IMG/VR virus record: IMGVR_UViG_3300020159_002019
Coordinates: 1 to 64,000 of that record
Strand: one strand, 5' to 3'
DNA from: a virus
DNA: 64,000 nt
Part shown: one piece after another, positions 38,071 through 47,879 of the stretch
How the letters are laid out: each line of letters starts with the position of its first letter
How positions within the stretch are numbered: position 1 is the stretch's first letter
Notes under the pieces: model-generated
The model's input: only the letters and a program-made list of their open reading frames with translations
What the model was told of the DNA's origin: nothing
Database searches by the model: none
Program-made: the position numbers and the translations under genes

Positions 38071-38884
38071 ACTTAATTTCTCTATCGAAATTGAAGAAAT
38101 ATTCTTTCATTGCTGTTTGCATCCAAAACTTACCTTCATCTTGTGATAACTTATATCTGTCATCATTTCTATATCTCCAGAATAAAGAATAAGGTCTCAT
38201 ATTCATATGTTTATACCCTGATTTTGGAATTGTCATTACCTTATATCCATTATATGTCATTCTCAATAAGAACTCATATACGAAAGATAATTTAAGGTTA
38301 TTTTTGATACCACCAATATCTTCAAATGTTGCTTTCTTAATCACAGCACCGCTGATTTGGAAATTAGGGAATGTTTTTAACGCTTCTAAATCTAAGAAAC
38401 CTAAATTAGAAAAACTTTCTTCAGGTGTCATACCTTGAACAAATCCTAATGACCAAGTTACCTCATTTGTTGTCCCAACGAATTCATTTTTTTCATTCAC
38501 ATCAATAACGTGTGATAAAAATACATCAACATCTGGATATGCTTTAATATATTTAACAGCATTTTTAAACCAAATAGAAGAATATTCATCATCAAATTCT
38601 AAGATTGAGAAGTAATCTGTTTTAACTTCTTCAACCGCTGAATTTACCATATGAGCAAACTCTTTTGTTTTTTTGGTTTCAACGATTCTGATTTTCTTTT
38701 TCATATCACCGAAATCATATCCTGATAAAAACTCTGTTACTTCAGGACAAGCACATCTAACAATTAAAATTTCGTCAGGTTGAACTGTGTTTTTCGTAAC
38801 ACTTTCTAATGCTTTTGGTAGGTATTGATCTAAATCAATAACTGTATGAATTGGTATAATTACACTTATATTACTCTTTTCCAT
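38057..38884 (-). CDS. GT2 glycosyltransferase
   Basis: ISVIIPIH, YFSILEFDDEY, GAVIKK..FEDIGG, YEFLLR. Confidence 0.85.
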   Translation of the reverse strand: MEKSNISVIIPIHTVIDLDQYLPKALESVTKNTVQPDEILIVRCACPEVTEFLSGYDFGDMKKKIRIVETKKTKEFAHMVNSAVEEVKTDYFSILEFDDEYSSIWFKNAVKYIKAYPDVDVFLSHVIDVNEKNEFVGTTNEVTWSLGFVQGMTPEESFSNLGFLDLEALKTFPNFQISGAVIKKATFEDIGGIKNNLKLSFVYEFLLRMTYNGYKVMTIPKSGYKHMNMRPYSLFWRYRNDDRYKLSQDEGKFWMQTAMKEYFFNFDREIKYEGN

Positions 38885-38885
38885 A

Positions 38886-39959
38886 TTATAATACTATTGG
38901 TTGTTCTAAATTATTTGGTTCTGATAATCTACTAATATTTGTTTTTAACTCTTCTTTTCTTTCGTTAAATATTTTTGTATAGACATCTTTAATTTGTTTT
39001 GATTGTTCTTCTTCAGTATATTTGTTTTCTATAGCTTTAATCTCATTTAACAAATCAGTATCTTCAACATCTTCAAAGAAGTTTTTACAGAAAATAGCAA
39101 TTGCTTCAGGGATTTGTAATTCATCAAATAACCAAATACCATTCTTTTCACTAATCCACTCAGGTTGAATCATTGGAACTTTACCGATTACAGGAGTTCC
39201 ACATTTCATACTCTCAACAGGGAATGTTCCAAATGAAGATGTTTCATCTACCCATACAGATAAGAAATAATCATTCAATACTTCTGACAATTCTTCTCTT
39301 GGGATTTGCTTAATATCTCTAAATGTAATGAAAGAATATAAAGGATATTTCAAATAGAATGTTTTAACAATTTTTGATGTGGTTCTATCATCTCTACACA
39401 TAATAGCAATGATAGGTTTTTTAAGGCTATTCTTATTAGAAAAATAAGAAGGTATTTGAGGACTTATAATATGTCCTGTTGTTGCGGGAAATAATTTATT
39501 TATTTCTTGTTTAATTGTTTCAGATGTCGTAATAAATGTATTCACACCCAATGAAGTCCAATTAGTTCCCGGTGGTAACATATCTAAAATATAATCATAA
39601 GATTGAGCAAAAATAACTCTCTTACAAGGTAATTTTTGTGTTTGTTGAATAACATTACCGAATAATTCAGGAATAATTAAAAAATCTTGAGGACCTACTT
39701 TAAATGTACCTCCGATTTCTTGAATTGATGAGTGTGGTAAATTATCATACTCTTCACCTAACCAATTACCTACTTTTGTGTATTCATTATTTTCGTGTAA
39801 GATTGAAGCATTGTAACCCAATTTAATCAATTCTTTAACGTGATAATAAATTTCAGCAACTGATGCTCTTGGTGTTCCTTTTAAATCTGGAGTAAGGAAC
39901 ATAACTTGGAAGTCCTTATTTTCAATTTTGCTTAGACTTTCTTTTAACTTTTCTATCAT
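38886..39959 (-). CDS. GT-B (GT4-like) glycosyltransferase
   Basis: DFLIIPE, REELSEVL, SSFGTFPVESMKCGTPVIG. Confidence 0.8.
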   Translation of the reverse strand: MIEKLKESLSKIENKDFQVMFLTPDLKGTPRASVAEIYYHVKELIKLGYNASILHENNEYTKVGNWLGEEYDNLPHSSIQEIGGTFKVGPQDFLIIPELFGNVIQQTQKLPCKRVIFAQSYDYILDMLPPGTNWTSLGVNTFITTSETIKQEINKLFPATTGHIISPQIPSYFSNKNSLKKPIIAIMCRDDRTTSKIVKTFYLKYPLYSFITFRDIKQIPREELSEVLNDYFLSVWVDETSSFGTFPVESMKCGTPVIGKVPMIQPEWISEKNGIWLFDELQIPEAIAIFCKNFFEDVEDTDLLNEIKAIENKYTEEEQSKQIKDVYTKIFNERKEELKTNISRLSEPNNLEQPIVL

Positions 39960-40243
39960 TTTGTTTTTGGTTTAAAAAATGTTTTATTTTCTTTTATTTC
40001 TTTTAATACATTATAATATAATAGTGTATTCCATAATATTTTACCACTATCACTTAATGGTTCGCTTTGTTCTGTGGCTTCATTTACATCGAGGTCGTTT
40101 AAGCTAATAAATTGATCAATCCACATTCTTAAAACGTCAAACTTACCAATATTTATTTCACCTTCACCTTGCTCAACGCAACTGATAACCGTATCTAAAT
40201 CTAAGAAATATTCTTTATTTAGAACTTTAAAGTATTCTTTCAT
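39956..40243 (-). CDS. Hypothetical protein
   Basis: 95 aa ORF tiled with its neighbours. Confidence 0.65.
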   Translation of the reverse strand: MKEYFKVLNKEYFLDLDTVISCVEQGEGEINIGKFDVLRMWIDQFISLNDLDVNEATEQSEPLSDSGKILWNTLLYYNVLKEIKENKTFFKPKTK

Positions 40244-40754
40244 TTTCTATATCTAATAAATTATTTATGGAGTAGTCGCTTTGATGGTTTAAGTTGTAAA
40301 ACTTATTTAGTTTAACCACTTTTTTATCTTCAGGTTTATTATCCAATAAAAAAGGACTATCCGTTACAATCATATCAACTTCTTTCCATAAGTCAATAGA
40401 GTTTTTTCTAAAAACATACCCCTCAATATCACAATTCATTTTACATAAGAAATGTAATGTGCTGGGAACCATAATTTCAAATCCATTACATATAATATAA
40501 AATTGATGATTAGAATAATTTTTTTGTAGTTGATTACAATAACTAATAACACCCCTTTCAGATTCTTTAGCGAAACCAAATATTTCTAATACGTTTTCAC
40601 CTATGAAATCAAATATTTCATCACCAAAACTTTCTTCTAAAAAATATGGGTTTATCTCATCATTTAATGGACTTTTCTCATGTTCTTTAAAATACATATC
40701 AATTAATCTGGGGATATAATTTCTTAAAATATTTACATCTATACCTATTTTCAT
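40227..40754 (-). CDS. HAD-family 5'(3')-deoxyribonucleotidase-like protein (degenerate)
   Basis: MKIGIDVNILR (motif I missing the second Asp), DMIVTDSP, KFYN. Confidence 0.55.
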   Translation of the reverse strand: MKIGIDVNILRNYIPRLIDMYFKEHEKSPLNDEINPYFLEESFGDEIFDFIGENVLEIFGFAKESERGVISYCNQLQKNYSNHQFYIICNGFEIMVPSTLHFLCKMNCDIEGYVFRKNSIDLWKEVDMIVTDSPFLLDNKPEDKKVVKLNKFYNLNHQSDYSINNLLDIENERIL

Positions 40755-40771
40755 AACTAATATATTAGTAA

Positions 40772-41104
40772 TTATTTAGTTAAAGTGAAGTGATAAATAT
40801 TTTTACCTACAACTAAATCAGTCATAAGACCTTTATTTATTTCACTAAATTCAATTGTTTTTTTGTGTTTCTTGAATAGAATGATTCCGTATTCTATTTT
40901 TTTACCATTTAATAGGAAGTTATTTTCGTCATAAAAATTTGACATCCTATTTAGTTGTTCTATTAATTCGTGTTGTTTGGTTTCAACTCTAACACCATTT
41001 TTAACAACCCTTAAAGAGTGTATAGGTATTATCACAATTTCTGTTTTGGATAGTTTAAATTCAACATAACCAATTTCTTTTTTAATATCCTTGATGGATT
41101 TCAT
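40772..41104 (-). CDS. Hypothetical protein
   Basis: 110 aa ORF. Confidence 0.6.
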   Translation of the reverse strand: MKSIKDIKKEIGYVEFKLSKTEIVIIPIHSLRVVKNGVRVETKQHELIEQLNRMSNFYDENNFLLNGKKIEYGIILFKKHKKTIEFSEINKGLMTDLVVGKNIYHFTLTK

Positions 41105-41171
41105 TAATTTTCATATAATCAAATATTTATTAGTATCAGGAATAATAATAAAATAAAAAAACACAGTAAAT

Positions 41172-41468
41172 ATGAAAGATAAATTAACTAAATTATATTC
41201 TTTTTTTAAGGATAATGATTTAACACATATGATGAAAAATACAACAATTGGTTATTCGCTTAAAAAAGTGATTGCTTTAATAATAACAATTGTATTCTGT
41301 TATTTACAAATATCTAATTGGAGTGAGGCTAATGGTGTATCATTTTTAACTATTGATGCGGGTTTAATTACATCAATTTTAATAACACACGCAGTTCAGA
41401 ATGGTAAAAATAATTCAGATGATGAAACACCAAATGAACCACCAACACAACAAATACTAAGAGGATAG
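41172..41468 (+). CDS. Small two-TM membrane protein (holin-like)
   Basis: Hydrophobic VIALIITIVFCYL and FLTIDAGLITSILITHAV with a charged tail; TATTTATT upstream at 41124. Confidence 0.45.
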   Translation: MKDKLTKLYSFFKDNDLTHMMKNTTIGYSLKKVIALIITIVFCYLQISNWSEANGVSFLTIDAGLITSILITHAVQNGKNNSDDETPNEPPTQQILRG

Positions 41469-41475
41469 TAATAAA

Positions 41476-41500
41476 AAACCCCGACTAATAATCGGGGTTT
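41476..41500. terminator. Bidirectional intrinsic terminator
   Basis: Stem aaaccccga / tcggggttt flanked by A and T runs, between convergent genes. Confidence 0.85.
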
Positions 41501-41505
41501 ATTTT

Positions 41506-42615
41506 TTATTCAGAATCAATACTATTTACAACTTCTGATGTGATTTCAATTTCACCATCATCACTACCTAATTTACTCAATAGATAATCTTTATTCTTAC
41601 TTTTATAGTCATCTAAATCAGCGTAAGTGATAAATCCGTGAGGTGTTGAAATAATCTTACCTAATAATTGGATACCATTAATTTGATTTTTTACAACTTC
41701 AATTTTAGTTCCAATAGCGAATGAATATTCTCTTTTATTACTTGTAGCTTTTAATCTTTCAGTTCCGTGAGCTTGAATACCCCCAAAGTGTAAAATCAAT
41801 CTTGCTCCGTAGAAGAAAGCTTCACCACCTTTATGTTTTACAACACCAGCACCCATACTATCAATCCAAATCTTTTGAACCGCAATCATAGTATTTGTGA
41901 AAGGTTTTCCTTCTTTTCTTGATGCGGGTATTCTATGATTTACAAGTGACTTAAATGCCGCTTCCAACGCTCCTGCGTTCCACATATTATTTCTATTTTT
42001 AGAAGTAACACATTGTTCGCAATCTAAAGTTCCAATTGAATCCCAAGCGAATAATATTTCATATGGTAATTCACCATCAATTTGTTTATCTAATAAATCG
42101 TGACAGAAATCAGCAACATCTTCAATTACAGCTTCTTGTCTATTTTTATCTCTTTTCTTACCGTAGTTATCAATTAGATATTCGTTATTTATAAAGATAA
42201 AAAATCCATCATAATTTACAACTTCACCAGTTTCTTTATCAACAACTTCGTCAAATTGTAATCCCATATCTTTAGCATGTTCCCAACTAAAATTGTTTTC
42301 AGTATCAATAATAACTGGAAGAATACCTAATTTTTGTGATGAAACAATAGCTTCCATTAAAGATGTAGATTTACCTGTATTAGAAAATCCTCTTGATAAT
42401 GTAATGTATCCTTTTGGAATACCAGCTAAACCTGTTGCTTCTGTAAATGCTTTAGAAATAGGAATCCAATCTAATTCTTTATCCTTAACATCTTCATTGA
42501 AGCCATTTTTATTCTTAAAATCTTTTAACTTAGATAAGTCAATTGATTTCTTATCAACTATTTTAGGTTTTACAGTTGATTTCCCTTCTTCTTTTTTTGT
42601 TGTTTTACCCGCCAT
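41506..42615 (-). CDS. uvsX: RecA/UvsX recombinase
   Basis: GIPKGYIT..RGFSNTGKST, IDTEN, WDSIG, GGEAFFY, KIEVVKN. Confidence 0.9.
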   Translation of the reverse strand: MAGKTTKKEEGKSTVKPKIVDKKSIDLSKLKDFKNKNGFNEDVKDKELDWIPISKAFTEATGLAGIPKGYITLSRGFSNTGKSTSLMEAIVSSQKLGILPVIIDTENNFSWEHAKDMGLQFDEVVDKETGEVVNYDGFFIFINNEYLIDNYGKKRDKNRQEAVIEDVADFCHDLLDKQIDGELPYEILFAWDSIGTLDCEQCVTSKNRNNMWNAGALEAAFKSLVNHRIPASRKEGKPFTNTMIAVQKIWIDSMGAGVVKHKGGEAFFYGARLILHFGGIQAHGTERLKATSNKREYSFAIGTKIEVVKNQINGIQLLGKIISTPHGFITYADLDDYKSKNKDYLLSKLGSDDGEIEITSEVVNSIDSE

Positions 42616-42790
42616 TTTCTAATTCATCTATTTTTTCTTCTAATTTATTTACCTTAGATTCTAATTCTAAAGTATAATCTTCCATTTCCCATAACTCAGA
42701 TTCCATTCTTGATAAGAAATCCATACAATTTTCTTTATTAAAAGTTTCGTTAGATAATTCTTCTCTTAATAATTCAATCAATTCGTTCAT
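42605..42790 (-). CDS. Small acidic coiled-coil hypothetical protein
   Basis: 61 aa ORF tiled between its neighbours. Confidence 0.6.
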   Translation of the reverse strand: MNELIELLREELSNETFNKENCMDFLSRMESELWEMEDYTLELESKVNKLEEKIDELENGG

Positions 42791-43113
42791 TATTCTTCCT
42801 CCTCATCAACATCGTAATCTTCATCACAATCTTCACACTCTTCTGAGGGGATAAACTCTAACCAACTATCTTGGTTTTTGATTTTATCATTCACCGTTTC
42901 CATATTATCCAACTCCTCACTTAATGTTGTAACCCATTCATTTCCATCTCCTGGTGTTGGTTTCATTTCTTGGTAATTTTCTTGGATGTATTCTTGTAAT
43001 TCATCAGCGCTCATACCTTTAGTTTCTTCATACATTTCCGAATCAATTTCAATCGGTTCTTTCGCTATATATGTTGTATATGATTCACACATATAAACTT
43101 TAATTTTTGTCAT
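42790..43113 (-). CDS. Small highly acidic hypothetical protein
   Basis: 107 aa ORF ending in EECEDCDEDYDVDEEEE. Confidence 0.65.
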   Translation of the reverse strand: MTKIKVYMCESYTTYIAKEPIEIDSEMYEETKGMSADELQEYIQENYQEMKPTPGDGNEWVTTLSEELDNMETVNDKIKNQDSWLEFIPSEECEDCDEDYDVDEEEE

Positions 43114-43152
43114 ACTTAATAATAATTATTTTTTGTTATTTTCTAAATAGTT

Positions 43153-43202
43153 AAAAAAAAATGAGCATGGACACTTTGTCTATGTGTATGTCCATGCTCA
43201 TT
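43153..43202 (-). terminator. Intrinsic terminator downstream of the SSB gene
   Basis: 14 bp perfect stem aatgagcatggaca (43160-43173) / tgtccatgctcatt (43189-43202), followed by a U-run on the minus strand. Confidence 0.85.
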
Positions 43203-43205
43203 AAA

Positions 43206-43994
43206 TTAAAATGGTTCTTCTTCACTCATTACTTCTTCTTCTTCAGATTGGTTTTTTGGTGATGAAACACTTGGAGTTTCTTTCTTCTCATAAGGATTTT
43301 CACCTCTCGCTACTTTTGATAAGTAATCGTAATCTCTTTTACTGAATACATCTTCCCAAGTCATAGTGTCTGATGTCCATTCTGAAATTTGTTCTTCAGT
43401 TCCTAATGGTTCTCTATCATCGTGAATGATTGAACTAACTACTGAATTACCTCTATCATCTTTACCTACGTTGATGATTAAATCTCTACCTTCTGTTGCG
43501 TGTGAAATATCACCTTTTTCAGAAAATACTGCTATCATTTTGTCAAAAACACCAGCACCTTTGTAATTGTGTGGGAATCTCCAAAACTTAACACCTTCAT
43601 CTTCTTTACCTCTTTCAATACCTTTTACGACATAGAACTTTTTAGGTTTGTAAGTTTTAGCTAAATCTTTATCCTCTTTTGAACCCGATTTTTCTAATTC
43701 AGATGCTACTTCACAAAATGGACAAGGATCTCCAGCATTTTTTTCTGGGCAATACAATTTTTTCCATTCCCCATTAACTTGGACATTGTGAAACCACACT
43801 TCTACAAATGGTGATTGTCCTGGTTCTGTTGGAATAATTCTGAATTTCTTTTTGTCTGTAAGTTTACCTTTTGGTAACATTGTTGTGAAGTATTTTGTCA
43901 AATCTACCTCTTTTCTTGGTTTCGCCTTATTGCTTTCGTACTGCTTAAGGATTGCGTCTAATACGCTGTTTTTTGGTTGTGCTTTTGTGCTCAT
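43206..43994 (-). CDS. Single-stranded DNA-binding protein (T4 gp32-like)
   Basis: RIIP, PFVEVWFH, YCP...GDPCPFCE, VKFWRF, GRDLII and an acidic C-tail EEEPF; next to uvsX. Confidence 0.85.
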   Translation of the reverse strand: MSTKAQPKNSVLDAILKQYESNKAKPRKEVDLTKYFTTMLPKGKLTDKKKFRIIPTEPGQSPFVEVWFHNVQVNGEWKKLYCPEKNAGDPCPFCEVASELEKSGSKEDKDLAKTYKPKKFYVVKGIERGKEDEGVKFWRFPHNYKGAGVFDKMIAVFSEKGDISHATEGRDLIINVGKDDRGNSVVSSIIHDDREPLGTEEQISEWTSDTMTWEDVFSKRDYDYLSKVARGENPYEKKETPSVSSPKNQSEEEEVMSEEEPF

Positions 43995-44160
43995 AATATA
44001 TAATTTAATAAAGTTTATAACAACTCTAACGAGTTCGAATTTGTATTATATAAATAGTTAAAATCTATAAAAAGTAACTACTTAGTTTATGTTTTAATAA
44101 TAAGATTTTTATTTTAAAAAACAAACTTTTTAGATTTAATTTATTAATGTATTTATTGAT

Positions 44161-44820
44161 ATGGATAAAAATATAATAAATGAAGTTAAAAGAATCAAAC
44201 AACTTATGAATATAAATGAAGTTGTAATTGATGAAGGTTTTAAAGATTTTATTAGAGTCGCTTCTTTATGTGCAATATTAGCTACAGGTGAAATTTCTTG
44301 TAAAAAAATTGATACTTCTGATATCTCAACAAACCAAGTAACTAAAATTTCTGATTGGTCTAAAATACCACAAGAAGAAATGGAAAAAATGGGGTTTAAA
44401 AGTGTTAATACAATTTCTAATGATACTTTAAAATCCGTTAGAAAATATAACTCAAGACAGCCTTGGGTTGGTATATGGAAATTTACTGAAAATTTTAGAT
44501 CAGCAAATAAAGAATTTTTAATAATATCACCAAATAATTTATTAGATAGAAATAATATTGTCGGTAGTAAAGTATATTGGTGTGCTTGGTCAGATGAAAG
44601 ACAAGTTTATGATATATTCCCATTAAGATTTGTATCTGGCGAAATTTACTATCCCTCAATTCACGATAATAAACCTTATAAGTTTGGATTAAAAGGATAT
44701 TCAAAAAGTAAAAATTTAAACGAATATTTTGAAATTACTTTTTATGGTAAAGATTCTTTAGATATAACTAATTGGATTGCAGGTAAAGCAATAAGAATGG
44801 ATAAATTACCTTATCCATAA
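44161..44820 (+). CDS. Late protein with capsid-targeting-like leader and lipoprotein-like segment
   Basis: MDKNIINEVKRIKQLMNINE...EG, then VASLCAILATGEISCKK; TATTTATT-N3-ATG upstream. Confidence 0.6.
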   Translation: MDKNIINEVKRIKQLMNINEVVIDEGFKDFIRVASLCAILATGEISCKKIDTSDISTNQVTKISDWSKIPQEEMEKMGFKSVNTISNDTLKSVRKYNSRQPWVGIWKFTENFRSANKEFLIISPNNLLDRNNIVGSKVYWCAWSDERQVYDIFPLRFVSGEIYYPSIHDNKPYKFGLKGYSKSKNLNEYFEITFYGKDSLDITNWIAGKAIRMDKLPYP

Positions 44821-44833
44821 TTTATTTTTAGCC

Positions 44834-44841
44834 TATTTATA
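44834..44841 (+). promoter_or_regulatory. Putative late promoter of the envelope operon
   Basis: TATTTATA 35 nt upstream of the ATG at 44877. Confidence 0.55.
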
Positions 44842-44876
44842 GGTAACAAAGAATAAATTAAAAAACAAACCAACAA

Positions 44877-46760
44877 ATGAAAAAAATCCTATCGTTTTTG
44901 GCATTATTATGCCTATCTGTTATTACGTTCGGGCAAACATGCCCAACACCTAACGGAAACTCAATTATTATTAAACCAAATTACACGGTTTCATCTTCAA
45001 TAGCTAACCAAACAGATGTAAAACTTTGCTATAATAATACAACCACAAGTAAAATTACAGCTCTACAATTTAAGATTAGTTATGACACTATTGCTTTTAC
45101 AGAGCCATCGGTTAGATTAGTTATTCCTGATAGTTCAGATTCTTATTTACAGTTCTATGTAAATAAAGGAACAATTACTATATCAACAGTATATGACGGA
45201 TCAAATCTTAATTATACTTACCCTTCAGGTGAGTTATTTAATATAAACTTCAAACATTCAAATCCAAACACATTTCAATATTTAACAGGGATTACATCGT
45301 TGGGGTTTGATAATCAATACCCAACAATAGCATCAACTAATTTAGGTAAAGATACAACATTAAATAAATTTAACGGTGGTGGTATATTTATTAGACCTTC
45401 TATCAATTTCACAGGAACATTTAAAAACGTAACTGGTTCATTCACTAAAAACCTATTAGTAGGTTTATGGAAACAACCTAAATCAGGTGGTAATTGGACA
45501 TTAGTTAATGTTGATACTACTGACTTAAATGGTAAATTCGCATTTAGTCCTATCGTAGATACTACATATTGGACTTGTAAAATAGAAGTTAAAGGTGATA
45601 CGTTATCTTTAGGTAATGTGGTAACAACAGCAGATGCTCAAAAAGTTAATAGATTTGTATTAGGTATTGAAAATCCAAAAAGTTTTGATTTCCATTCATC
45701 AGATCCAAATAATTCAGGTAATATATCTATTTCAGACGTATATACAATCTTTAATAGAATTGCAGGTAGATTTAGTAGTTTTACAACACCTGACGTTAGA
45801 TTTTTTACAGATATTCAATATAACACAATTACGACAGATAGTTTAACTAATCATTCATTAGATATACCAGGAAGTGCTAATTATTCATATACAATTGTAA
45901 CAGGTGTTGATTCAATTACAGTTTATGTATTAGCAACAGGTGACGTAAATGAAACAGGTTTCCGTATGGCTAGATTAGTTCCAATTAAAATAACTAATCC
46001 ATTAAACGCACCTAATTTCATTATAGATCAAACAACTGATTACTACGCTTCATTAAATGAAATGGAAATTAATTTACCGACATTAAAAATTGAAGAGGGT
46101 AATTTAGTTAATATTCCGGTAACAGTTTTAACTAACGGACAAGAATTAGGGGCTGTGCAATTAGCAATGAAATATGATACAGATTTATTAGAGTTTAGAG
46201 GTGTAAAAACCCTAAACTCAACCGCTAAATGGATGTCATTTACAAATCCTAACGATGGTGTAGTTGAATGGGGTGGTGTAGATATGAGCGAACAAAATAA
46301 AGTTAAAGATGGTAATGATGTAGTTGTAATGCAATTTTACGCTAAAAAACCTAAAGATGATTGGAATGGTTCTCCATTATATGTGACTCGTAAATTTGTA
46401 GGTAATTCAACAGCTAAAGATTTAAGTATTAAACCTACTGATGGTAGAGTGGAAGTTCTTAAAACATCTCCAATTGTATCAAGGTTAAATGGTAGTTTAA
46501 ATATATTAGTTTATCCAAACCCTTCAACAGGTATAGTATCAGTTCAATTTAACGTACCTGATAACAATAATACTATGGTTTATTTTATAGATATGATTGG
46601 ACATAAAGTGGCTGAAATAACTAATGGTAAAATGCCAAAAGGTGAATACAGATACACTGCAAATTTAACAGATTTACCAGTTAGTGCTTATACAGCGGTA
46701 GTTGAGTGTGATGGTAAAATAATTGGTAGCGCGAAACTAATAAACGGCGTATTTATGTAG
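44877..46760 (+). CDS. Secreted cohesin-dockerin-cohesin protein with T9SS type A C-terminal sorting domain
   Basis: Sec signal MKKILSFLALLCLSVITFG; cohesin-like ALQFKISYD/GELFNINFK and VNIPV/AVQLAMKYDTDLLEF; dockerin-like TTADA...SDPNNSGNISISDV; CTD VYPNPSTG...IDMIG...KLI. Confidence 0.8.
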   Translation: MKKILSFLALLCLSVITFGQTCPTPNGNSIIIKPNYTVSSSIANQTDVKLCYNNTTTSKITALQFKISYDTIAFTEPSVRLVIPDSSDSYLQFYVNKGTITISTVYDGSNLNYTYPSGELFNINFKHSNPNTFQYLTGITSLGFDNQYPTIASTNLGKDTTLNKFNGGGIFIRPSINFTGTFKNVTGSFTKNLLVGLWKQPKSGGNWTLVNVDTTDLNGKFAFSPIVDTTYWTCKIEVKGDTLSLGNVVTTADAQKVNRFVLGIENPKSFDFHSSDPNNSGNISISDVYTIFNRIAGRFSSFTTPDVRFFTDIQYNTITTDSLTNHSLDIPGSANYSYTIVTGVDSITVYVLATGDVNETGFRMARLVPIKITNPLNAPNFIIDQTTDYYASLNEMEINLPTLKIEEGNLVNIPVTVLTNGQELGAVQLAMKYDTDLLEFRGVKTLNSTAKWMSFTNPNDGVVEWGGVDMSEQNKVKDGNDVVVMQFYAKKPKDDWNGSPLYVTRKFVGNSTAKDLSIKPTDGRVEVLKTSPIVSRLNGSLNILVYPNPSTGIVSVQFNVPDNNNTMVYFIDMIGHKVAEITNGKMPKGEYRYTANLTDLPVSAYTAVVECDGKIIGSAKLINGVFM

Positions 46761-46790
46761 TAGAATAAACATACAAATATAAGAAATATT

Positions 46791-47135
46791 ATGGCAGAAG
46801 AAACAGAAAACACAAACGATGGAACATTGTCAGGTTTAAAGAAAACTATTATTGGTACTCTATCAACAGTAGTACTTGGAGCAGGTACTTGGCTAACAAC
46901 AACATTTTTTAACGGACATTCAGATGATAATGCTGAAACTAAAACAGAACAAGCGGCACCTGCCCCAGCGGCAGCACCTGTTGTAATCAACTTATCAAAC
47001 AATAACGAACAAAAACAACAAAATAATAGTGGTGGTGGAAATACTACAATTATTAAAGAAAGAGTTATAGAAAAACCAGCTCCGGTTAAAGAAGAAAAGA
47101 AAAAAGAAGAACCAAAGGAAGAAGCGCCTTGGTAA
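46791..47135 (+). CDS. Small single-TM protein with disordered tail
   Basis: TIIGTLSTVVLGAGTWLTTTFF followed by a Pro/Ala/Asn/Lys/Glu-rich linker. Confidence 0.7.
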   Translation: MAEETENTNDGTLSGLKKTIIGTLSTVVLGAGTWLTTTFFNGHSDDNAETKTEQAAPAPAAAPVVINLSNNNEQKQQNNSGGGNTTIIKERVIEKPAPVKEEKKKEEPKEEAPW

Positions 47136-47165
47136 TAAATCTTAAATAACGAAAACCAACAAAGA

Positions 47166-47879
47166 ATGAAAACCATAAACCAACAAAGCATAATCAACTT
47201 CATAGTGGCTCTTTTAGGGGCGGCTATGATGTTTGGTTGTGGAACAACTAGAACAGAAAAATACACAGCTGATTTTGAAAAGAAACAATCAATACAAGTA
47301 GTAAGTGATTACGATGGGAAACCAATTCCTGTTCAAGTTCTTTCAATCGGTATTAGTGATAATGTCCTTACCTCATACCCAATTCTTAAAGAAAAAAATG
47401 TAGGATTAGGTGTTACAAATATAGCTTTAGATTACTTAGAAGGCACAAATAGATTCGAGTTTACAGAAGATAAAGAAGAAATCAAACTTAAAATGGTTAA
47501 ACAATTCCAAGCAAGTGCTAAAGGCTTTACTGAAAATAAATTAGATGGTAAAGGTAAAATTAAACTTGCAAAGTATTTTGTTTATATTGAAGTATATGAT
47601 TTTTCAGTAGATGAACAAGAAACCTATACTGCGGGTAAAAAGCAATTAGAAGTAACTACAAGATTAGGTCTACAAATTAGATTTGTTGATGCTGAATCTG
47701 GACAAGTTAGAGTAGGTTCTGGTATGGGTGAAGCAACCCAATACGGTCAATCATTTTTGAAATCTCTTGATATGAAATTTGCGCAGTCAACTGTTGGTAT
47801 TTCGACAAGAAAATCCTTAGAAACAGCTTGTTCAAGGGTGGTATCCAAAATGATTAAAGATGGAATCTTTGAAAAATAA
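47166..47879 (+). CDS. CsgG/HfaB-like outer-membrane lipoprotein
   Basis: Lipobox MFG-C; LEGTNRFEFTE, AKYFVYIEVYDFS and LGLQIRFVDAESGQV resemble the CsgG fold. Confidence 0.72.
   Translation: MKTINQQSIINFIVALLGAAMMFGCGTTRTEKYTADFEKKQSIQVVSDYDGKPIPVQVLSIGISDNVLTSYPILKEKNVGLGVTNIALDYLEGTNRFEFTEDKEEIKLKMVKQFQASAKGFTENKLDGKGKIKLAKYFVYIEVYDFSVDEQETYTAGKKQLEVTTRLGLQIRFVDAESGQVRVGSGMGEATQYGQSFLKSLDMKFAQSTVGISTRKSLETACSRVVSKMIKDGIFEK

Noticed and set aside
47166-47879. A true curli (csg) operon
   Set aside because: No curlin-repeat CsgA/CsgB subunit or recognisable CsgE/CsgF nearby; only the CsgG-like fold is supported.
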